NCBI RefSeq assembly: GCF_000485595.1
Contig: NW_014577072.1
Location: 699,594-742,522, forward strand
DNA length: 42,929 bases
Reading direction: 5' to 3'
Source: Priapulus caudatus
Lineage: Eukaryota
Shown: positions 33,306 through 42,929 of the stretch, piece by piece
How the letters are laid out: the number at the start of each line of letters is the position of its first letter
Numbering within the stretch: the stretch's first letter is position 1
Program-made: the position numbers and the translations under genes
The notes under the pieces: generated by a model
What the model was told of the DNA's origin: nothing
Seen by the model: only the letters and a program-made list of their open reading frames with translations
Database searches by the model: none

Positions 33306-35305
33306 AACGGTGAAGCTGTGTACCTATATGAGGTAGATAGAGACAAACGGGCGTAGCAGAAGGTAAGGACAAAAAATCGTTAAATATGTGCATAGGCGCG
33401 CTCGGAGTGAATCCCATCGAGTCTCGCGTTTTCTCGCGATGAAAAATGATTCATGCCTATACGTATAGGCACGCTTCAAGCGTGTTCAAATTGGATTGCT
33501 TCGAATTATCCCACTCGAATTACGTACCTTCAAATTATATCCACTAGAATTGCCGCGGTTGAAGTGCGCTCAAACTTAATCCACCAGATTTCCCGCCCTT
33601 GTAGTACGTACAGTTTTTGACTCACCAGAACCCCCGTACTTTAAACCGATGGAAACTGATGCAATCAACACTGCTTAAGGCGGGACAAAACCGGCTCAGA
33701 GGTCCGCTGCAGTCACAGATTGTCACAGATTTTCCGTTTATGCAAAACCCTAATACGTATGAGTCTTATCAGGAGTGGATTAACAATGGTAACGGCGTAT
33801 TTAAAATGCAGTACGCCTGGTCTTATTATTTCTCGAAAGTCACCATAGTGTAATCATGCGAAGTGCAACTATAAACGTCAGTTACAACTGAAAACGAATC
33901 CGGCTCGAATCATCAGAGGCATTATTGCTCGTTCGTGTAACCATGCTACAGAAAGCCGCGTTACGCTCGTGTTAACCTCACGAGAATATTAAAACCTTGT
34001 CTAAGTATATAAATCACCAGACGATACTCGCCTGGCTTCTAAAATATTCAGTAGCCTAATTTCGTTGATTAGCTATTTCTGATTATATGAAAAAGGTCGT
34101 CCTTAATTGTATCATCGCAAGGCTTTCTATAATAAAGCACCTATAACTCGTTAACCATTACGGTTTAATCTAATAGGCGGATTTACAGATACATTGTTAC
34201 GTCCGCATTTGCGATCCCCGGCGACGAATAATATTTGCTAGCAGGTTAAAAGCAATTCGATTTGCTAGTTGCATTTTTCGTGTGTTTACAAAATAATGAC
34301 GAATACATTCCCGAGAACTGTCCTAGGGAGAATCGTGCAATAACCTTCAAAGAATATGAATCATGTAGGAATAAACGGAATCTTCTCCAGCGAAGCCATG
34401 AGATGATATCGGGTAAATGTACAGTAATCGCTGAGGTGAGAAATATTAGCTATCGAGCGCGCACGCTCGGGAGCTGGCGATGAAAGAACGGCAATTAAGA
34501 GAACAAAATCCATCTAATTTATGCGACTTCGAAGAGTAACAGAGGCTCGGATGCGATTGCACAGTCTCACAAAAACGCGTCTCTGCGGAAATGAACACCT
34601 TCATCAACTTCAACCATTCACCGGTTAAAATTAATCAGCAGCGTTTAATTGAAAATACGAGCCTCTTTCCTGTGCAGCATAGGCGAGGTTTTAGTGGGAA
34701 ATGGCTTGTTTGGTTTTCTCGCGCTGCAATCCCACAGCTTTGCTGCTCGAAGCAAAACTCGGGCGGAGAAGCCGTACTTGTGGGACAAGTGCTGCATGAC
34801 CAGAATGCAACTAATAGCGCGGACAGCGAAGCATCTGCGAATGGTAGATTAAATGAACTTTATTGAATTTTCTCCTTATTTCCTATATATTCAACGGCAC
34901 CTTTGTCACGCTCCAATGGCACATACGGTGAAATTAAATATTCTAAGTTCATGTATGGAAAATAAATCCATCCTATTATCTTTAGCCAACGTTTCCTTAA
35001 TTACTGGACTCTGAGGCATAACGACGATGACAAGATAAATTCTATTTTTAGAATGAATTTTATCGTGTTGGAGAACACCAATTACCCTATTATTAAAGTT
35101 TATACGTATTGCTCGAGGCGTTTAAAGACATATGAATTAATTTATGTTAACAGAAAGACTACACTCTTTGAATTGCAATGGATTTAGTTCAATGCGAGAA
35201 TTGCTCTCTCTTATTCTCTCGCTCTTTGAGTTTGACACCTTCTCGCATTGTTGTCATGTACACGCGCACACACATAGGTACACATGCGCGTTCGTTCGCA
35301 CACGC

Positions 35306-35440
35306 GCTCTCTCTCTCTCTCTCTCTCGCTCGCTCTTTTGCTATCCCCTCTCTGTCTCTCGCTCCTTTGCTCCCCCCTCTCTGTCTCTCGCTCATTTGCT
35401 CCCCCTTCTCTCGCTCTCGCTCTTTTGCTCCCCTCTCTCT
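35306..35440. repeat. (CT)n followed by ~4 x 29-bp pyrimidine-rich units (CGCTCTTTTGCTCCCCCTCTCTGTCTCT-like)
   Basis: Direct inspection. Confidence 0.85.
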
Positions 35441-37293
35441 TTTTGTGTCGTAGCGTGCTTTTTGTTACTTGTTAAAAGGCATATCAACCGAAAGAAAATA
35501 ACACGCACACTGTCTTACTAATTTATGAACATGACGCTTTATCATGTACTCGTATACTTGTACGTATCGTGCGGGCTCTATAATATTATATTATAACACG
35601 CTATTTCGATTTGTACGTAGTTTCACCTTCGTTTTAGTACAGTGCTTCTGTAAGCCTACCCGAGGACTTCGTTTCTGTGGCCAATGGAAAATACACGTAG
35701 CTACAAAATCCGCAGGGAATGAACAGCCTATTCTTTGATAAAACCCTTCAATGACCCATACAGAAATGTTCTCACTTCCTGGATGTCTACGCAGTGAGTA
35801 TCCGTTTCAAAGAACACCCACTCGTTCCGAGCAACACCATTACGCCATGGCGCCACTGACGACACGTTGACGATGGCAACGACACGCCGTCGCCATAGCC
35901 ACGCAAGACCGAGGCGGCATTCTTCTATACGTACGTTCTTCGCTGATGCACAGCCCATTGTGCGCAAAGATTTCCTACTCACGCCGCAAACGCTGCGACA
36001 CTCGTGTCTAGGAGGGAGTGAGTGAGGGAGCGATTCAAATGACAAGGACTTCTAGCCAATTACGCGCACCGAATGTAATGGGTTCACGATCATCGCGTTG
36101 CACATCAAACATGCTCGCCGGCTAGGGTCTATGCTCGGCAGAACCTCTTAAATTTTTTCCGTATTTGCACGCGGTGCACTTAATTCTCAGGACAGAAGAC
36201 GCGCATTATAGATAATTCTACCGCAGATTTCGACGTACGTGCATTTAATTAATCGTTTAACAGTCTCGGCGCTTTATACACATGCGAAGCGGTTAGGCAA
36301 GCATTGCCTGTGGCTCTAGTTAACCTATTATCATATCTTGCTATTATATATAGTTCCACATGGAGCACGCGGAGAGCAAGGGTCATCTCAGCGTCGTCGA
36401 CGATGGGTAGATAGTGGCGCAAAGCACCCAATCGGACATCATTCTAACATCCATCTATCTCTGGACAATTTTAGACAGCACGAAACTTAATCTCGCAGAA
36501 TGCAAAGTCGTGCAATCGCATTTTGGTGGAACCAATCCACATGATGAATTTTTATAGACCATCTCCAGTTCCATCCCCATCTCCAGGAAATGTGACAGCA
36601 CCAAAGGCTCCGGGAAAATAAGTCCATATATAACCTTAAAGAAATTACGCCACCGTATATAATACTAGCATATTCTCATAAAATATAAATTGGGGAAAAG
36701 CAGTTGTTTTGTTTACTTATATCGTCGTTCGATGTAAACAATCACTCACGACTTATACGCTGCAATGTAAAGTTGCCAAAATTCTTTTTGTATGTTCAAC
36801 TATTATAAAAGCAATCTTATCTGCTAATGGTTTGAGAATATATAGCTCCGCTATAGTATTTGCTTATTATGGTAAAATATACAACGAACGTTGCAAAAAC
36901 ATACACCTCATAAAATTAATGGTTCGTTCACAATAAATAGATAAAGCACGTGCAGAATTCAATATCTAGCGTTAAACCAGACTATAGCAAAACCATCGAT
37001 ATTCCACGCTACTACGTTTAAAACCCATTTGAGGCTGTGAAGACCCCGTATTAATGTCCCGTGGGTACAAAATAGCTGATTCCTGACAATTATGGCCCTG
37101 CTCGGGACTCTTGTCCAACCGTTCAAGTCCAAGATAAAGGTTAAATCGTCGTCACGACAAATTGAAACAATCCAAATACATTGCGTGAAATTAAGAATTG
37201 AGTTTAAATTGAACTAGCCGTGACAGATATGATGAAGTAGGCTACTATCCCGCTTTTATACCGTATCGCCGTTTTTATATTGCCTGGAGATAA

Positions 37294-37778
37294 CATGTTT
37301 TTTTCTCTTCAAATGTCAGTGTTTGCAATACATTTATGCAATAAACCACTATCTATCTAGTTATCTATCTAGCTGACGGACGTTGCCGTATTACGCCGCG
37401 TCACACGTCCTTCATTTTACACGCATGCGGGCGCATCAACACACAAAACGCATTCAAGACACATGTACATGCGCAGACGCGCATATACGATCAGACACGC
37501 ACAGCTCAATGTTTGCGCATGTAGCACGCACGCACGCACGCACGCACGCATGTTTTTTTTTCTTCAAATGTCAGTGTTTGCAATACATTTATGCAATAAA
37601 CCACTATCTATCTAGTTATCTATCTAGCTGACGGACGTTGCCGTATTACGCCGCGTCACACGGCCTTCATTTTACACGCATGCGGGCGCATCAACACACG
37701 AAACGCATGCAAGACACATGTACATGCGCAGACGCGCATATACAATCAGACACGCACAGCTCAATGTTTGCGCATGTA

Positions 37779-37809
<31 letters not shown>

Positions 37810-37810
37810 C
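37294..37810 (+). repeat. 255-bp tandem duplication, each unit ending in (GCAC)n
   Basis: Units start at 37294 and 37549 and differ by only a few substitutions. Confidence 0.95.
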
Positions 37811-39011
37811 TCACACGTAACCGCGTGTGATCCACCAATTTCTATATAATGAGGAGCGGCGGTCAAATGGGGCTCTTCTCTCACAGACGAGCGCGACTGC
37901 CGGCGCGTAGGGTTAGACTCCTTCTTGTCTCCTATACGCAACCAATCACTCGCAAGCGGGCGAGCGCTTTACCGTGAGTACGCGACTAACCACGCGCACG
38001 TGCGGCCGCTTTCATAATCACCCGTACACCGACATCACAGAAATTTCTTTCGCTAGTCACCGCAATCGTTCGTCCCGACAAAAGAAGTGGAAAGCGTGAC
38101 TAGCGAATTTCAGTTTTGAGATTCTCCGCAGTCCGGCTCTGAAAGCTTCAAAGCTTCAATGACCACCAGCAACGCATGCGCTTTATTTAAATTCCATTGC
38201 GATTCAACACAGAATACAAAACGCTAACACTATGGGTGGGTTGTGGGAAGGCAAATCAATACAAAACTCATTTTAGCTTACATAAATAATATATTTATAT
38301 AAGGTTCACGAGATTGCTCATAATTAGGTTACATTACGTATAGTATAATCATGTATGGAAAACTCGAAAACGACAGACACTCCATTGATTACGGCTGTAT
38401 TTAGACACACCAACATTTTGAAATCGTAACTAAATTACGAACATTACCGTTCAACATAATAAGGAAGAACCACTAAAAGTGTTTCGAACATATTCACGGG
38501 CAGCCGCTAAAAGACGCAAATGTACTAATTTGCTATAGCGTGTACGTGCTGCATACAGCCTAGCTAACTATGACCTCTCTTCTCGTGATGCAGTGATTTT
38601 TTTACATTTCATCACTCTAGGTACGTGCGCGGACGCACGCATGCACGCACTACATAGGTACACGACGAAATCTGCATGAAGATGCACCCTCGCGTCATAA
38701 CGTTTTGGCGCTCCAGCAAGTTCCGCCAGCGGGCCGTATTAGTCACCACTACGGAGAGGAAATTCCTTTGTTGCGCGTGCTTTTCTGATCGCTATTGGTA
38801 ATGATCGAGCGTCACATTTAAATTAATTCTTTTAATGACTGTCGCTAACCGGCCAAAATGGTTCACGACTCGCTTTATCTCGCGTCGCAGAACACAATGG
38901 GTGCGGAGCAGCAGGCCTCAATAGTTGGGCGAGACACGGACCGTGCGCATATACGCGTCGGTTAACACGTGCGATATAGTAGTCTTTATTATCCGTCTAC
39001 TTTTCCGCATA

Positions 39012-39159
39012 AAGAGCGAGAAGGGGAGAAAATTGGGGAAGAAAAGAGAGAGAGAGAGGGAGAGAGAAAGAGACATAAGGCAGAGAGCGAGCGAGAGAGG
39101 AGGGTGGACAGAGGGAGAGAGAGGAGGAGATAGAGAGAGCAAGAAGAAGAAGAAGAAGA

Positions 39160-39209
<50 letters not shown>

Positions 39210-39231
39210 AGAGAGAACAAGTGAGCAAGAG

Positions 39232-39284
<53 letters not shown>

Positions 39285-39353
39285 AGAGAGGAGAGAGAGA
39301 AAGATCGAGGGCGAGAGAGAAAGACAGAGAGAGAGAGAGGAGAAGAGAGAGAG

Positions 39354-39439
<86 letters not shown>
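39012..39439. repeat. Long (GA)n/(GAA)n polypurine tract
   Basis: Direct inspection. Confidence 0.95.
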
Positions 39440-39441
<2 letters not shown>

Positions 39442-42400
39442 ATGAAAAACATCTGCTTTTACGGCCATCACAACTTTCCATTTACCATTCATGACAGCGC
39501 TGTGGCGGCGTACGATAAATAAATAATTGCATTAGGCAAGTAGTTTGTTAAATACTCTTTCACCCAATTGTTTACTAGCAGCGTCGCCAACAACGTCCCT
39601 GTTTTTTTCCCGCGCATTTAACGAATTAAATTTACATGTGACGTCGGAGGTCGACGCGATTTGCAATTGCCGCCAACAGTGCCGCCTGCTGCATTAGATC
39701 AGGGATGTTCGCATCATTATTCACACATCGCACGCCCGGCGTAGATGTACACCCTGGTAACTAGAAATGGTAGGGAAATGTGGTAGGTTGGGGAGCTCTG
39801 CATAGGCATGCCTACGGGCACGAAGTGCGTTCGATGCAGCGCGCGTGGCAATGCACAATGTTAATCCATTCATACTCGCGTTTGGTGATGGCGAGAAAAG
39901 CTTTCGGCTCAACACTAATCCTCTGATACATCGCAATTTCCCACGCTAGCACCAAGCGCACGGCGAAGAGATTTTCAGCAACATCGGCGCTGACCTTCGT
40001 AACGCGAATGACAAGAGAGTTCTGCACCATGCTTGCCCACCAGCCCTCTCCGACCACTCCTCAGCTGCTTCCCACAGGCGCGTGGGACTGCTGCCACCTT
40101 GGCCACCGTTGACAGCAACATTGGGTAATGGAAGTATTCACTTAATTGCCCAACTATACAGCAATACCCTTCAGTCACAAGAAATCATGGCTTCTCATTA
40201 GAGCACTACACAAAGTCCCCAGCCCCAAACACATTACACCACATCCCCCCACACACATGCAGGCCTACGACACCAACTTCGCCTGCTAGCGTAATAGCGC
40301 GCTGGCTAAATGTTAACAGATATTTTTATTGAAGCAATCGCTCGGGTTCTTTGCTGCATGTTCACGCATGGCTCATACATCAATGCACATGCACGAGATG
40401 ATCAATTATCAATGCACAGCGCTAGTAACGGGGTTTTACGCGTTGACGAAATAAACCGCTTCTACGCATCATCGGCTTTTATAAAGAATTTTTTTAAGCA
40501 GTGCACTAAAATGATGAGTCCCACACATAAAGGAGAGACCGATAACAGTCTGTACTGCTGCCGTCACTACTGCGTGATCATGGAAGTCGAATTAATCGTG
40601 TACTCGTGTACAGTCAAACACGCACAGCACACTTGCTGCCTCATAGAGGGGGCTAGTGTACCATTGGCATTGACAGGCCGCTTGACAGGGCCACCAGCAG
40701 CTAAGTGCTACTGAATAAGAACGTCACGCACCATTTGAGCATTGTATTGACGGTTGCTCCTACTGTAACAACACTGGAAGTCCAAATTTTAATCAAACAT
40801 GATTCATTTCTACGGCAGAAATTTTCTATAAATACTACGTTTCTTTCGTACTGAACCACACTGCATGAACGTACACAATTTATCCTGGATACACCCTATG
40901 GGTTCGCGCTAGCTCAGTATATCCGCTCACAACCAAGCACATACCCATCAGTCATCTCCTTACAGCGCCAGCTAAGGAACGCATCTACAGCAATACACTA
41001 GACTCCATGAAGCTGACAAAAACATAGAAGTGTTTCTAGACTTTCTATAGATGTATAAAGAATATAAGTATCACGGCTACAATATGAAGCTACTGTCAGC
41101 CACTGGGAACGCCTTCCCGGTTCCTTCCTCTATACATCATAAATATAATACCGAATTGGATCGGTTCGTGATTCTGCATATCTTGAATGCGCGCGATGAG
41201 ATGAAGCGCATGCGAGCAAAGCATGATTGCGTAGATCTTTCAACGTCGCGCAACCGCTCCGGAGAACAAACACAACGCGTGTACGTGCTGTACGTCCGAG
41301 AGTGGCAACAAGAGACATGATTGCACGGACCGCGCTCGACACAGGAAATGCTCGCCGACGACATCAAAAGGCTGTCGCTGCGGCGGCGGCGGCGGCGGCG
41401 GCGGCCTGCGTGCCCGCCCGCCCCTGCACCCGTGGCCGTGGCAGCGCTACCGCTCCAGTACGCACACGACGTGCCGAGCATGAAATCAGAGAAAGCCCAA
41501 TCCACGATGACTGATCGCGCAAGACACGGCCGCATCCATCAGATCGTCGGCGTTGTTCGAATGTCCCTGATCAATAGCCGCCAACTTTGGCAGTTGCGTT
41601 TCTTCGGCGTCAGCTTCTTGCATCGAACTGGCGACCTATTATGCAAATTCAACAAACGGCCAATTAGCAAATGACGCGCGGCACGCTCGCTGTCTCCTGT
41701 AAGAAATGGGAGACGCTCCGACATGTCCGAGTCTCGCTGTTCGCAATATACACGGCAATAAAGACTCGCCATAGGGCTCGCGAGCTTCTACGAAATTAAC
41801 CAGATTTTGCTAACGTTTTCCCCCCGATCCGTATCATCGCCATAAACATCGGACGATTTTTTTTCTTAATAAAGAACGCAGTATGTTTACTAAAATAACG
41901 ACCGTGTGTTTCATTGGAAAAAGGGATATTCCCTATAGGAAGTTAGTCGAGTTATTTGATCATTCAAATTCAATAAATATAAAGATGGAAGTTTTCTCTA
42001 AACCCCAGGGACTACTCTATTTCTCTTTCATCTGCAACTACGAATACTTATTCGAATTAACTAATCGCGGCGGCTATGGTAGGGAAGACTAGCTAAGAAC
42101 GCTATGTTCATACCACGTGCACACACAAACCGCCGAACGTCAACCGAATCCGGGAAATTTCATAAACAGCCCTGTACACGTTCTCTCTAACAGTTACGAT
42201 CAAGCTCGTCGAATCGGATGCACCCGTGGCGTGCGGCGCGTTGCGTACGAGACGACGTGTCGCTATGGGCGCGCGCGCTTCTTAGATCGCATAACGGCGG
42301 GCTTACGCACCAGTGGCGATGTCGGTCGTGGCATGGCGACGAGAGACGAGTCTGCATCCAGAGCCAGCTCTCCGGCGGCAGCCGTGCAGCAGCGGCGGAA

Positions 42401-42509
42401 CATCAGGCCTCTGCAAACACAATCGCTCTGCTCAAGTACTCGATCTCAACAAGGAAGTTTCAATGCCACTGCAGCTCGACCGCCGACAAAAGTCGGTTGT
42501 GGTGATACG

Positions 42510-42523
42510 GGGGAGGGGGGAGA

Positions 42524-42608
<85 letters not shown>

Positions 42609-42722
42609 AAAGAGAGAGACGAGACCGAAAGAGGAGGAGAGGAGAGACGCGCACGAGAGAGCGAGGGACGACGAGAAGCACGAGAGCGAGAGACTAGGAA
42701 CGAGAGAAAGGAGAGAGAAGAG
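42510..42722. repeat. (GA)n microsatellite and GA-rich tail
   Basis: Direct inspection. Confidence 0.95.
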
Positions 42723-42929
42723 ACAACCATGAAGGAAACTGTCTGCCTTTTTACCGCGCCCACTCCCACCCCACACTTGTGTGGGCGTCAAAGCACCGGG
42801 GTCGTTGTGGTATCCTAAGGTGCAGCTAACAGAGCGGAATTACCAATGTACGGCCGAGGGTACAGTATATGTATACCGCCACGAAGTGAGTAGTCCAGGA
42901 CTTGTACCTACACGAAGGTACCCTACACG

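Noticed and set aside
33390..34870. Possible larger DNA transposon or coding exons (ORFs 33617, 34262, 34591)
   Set aside because: I could not identify paired termini, a TSD, a splice-consistent frame or a recognisable domain.
40310..40714. 134-aa ORF
   Set aside because: No recognisable domain or supporting splice structure; this length can occur by chance.
1..42929. Assigning the source species or a specific dpr orthologue number
   Set aside because: This cannot be supported without database searches; only an invertebrate Dpr/ZIG-8-family assignment is justified.

Overview
Eukaryotic, invertebrate-type genomic DNA that is intron-rich and microsatellite-rich, with three N gaps. One protein-coding gene is supportable. 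It is a four-exon, plus-strand Dpr/ZIG-8-family gene, join(2380..2523,7642..7852,22832..23119,26585..26739), 798 nt, 265 aa: signal-like N-terminus, Ig1, Ig2, Ser-rich spacer and a hydrophobic GPI-type tail. All introns are GT-AG and the phases match (0,1,1). Between exons 2 and 4 the sequence contains two large near-duplicated blocks, including a frameshift-riddled second copy of the Ig2 exon. The copies differ mostly by single-base indels, and the block order suggests a false duplication (noisy long reads or two haplotypes) rather than a true exon duplication. The introns hold nested non-autonomous DNA elements: a TAA-TSD MITE whose empty site is also in the window, foldback elements, and a ~3.8 kb composite with ~340-bp inverted arms. 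The last ~16 kb is mostly non-coding, with microsatellites, one MITE, a 255-bp tandem duplication and a few weak signals. I found no convincing novel enzymatic or multi-gene system. Most ORFs in the track come from simple repeats.
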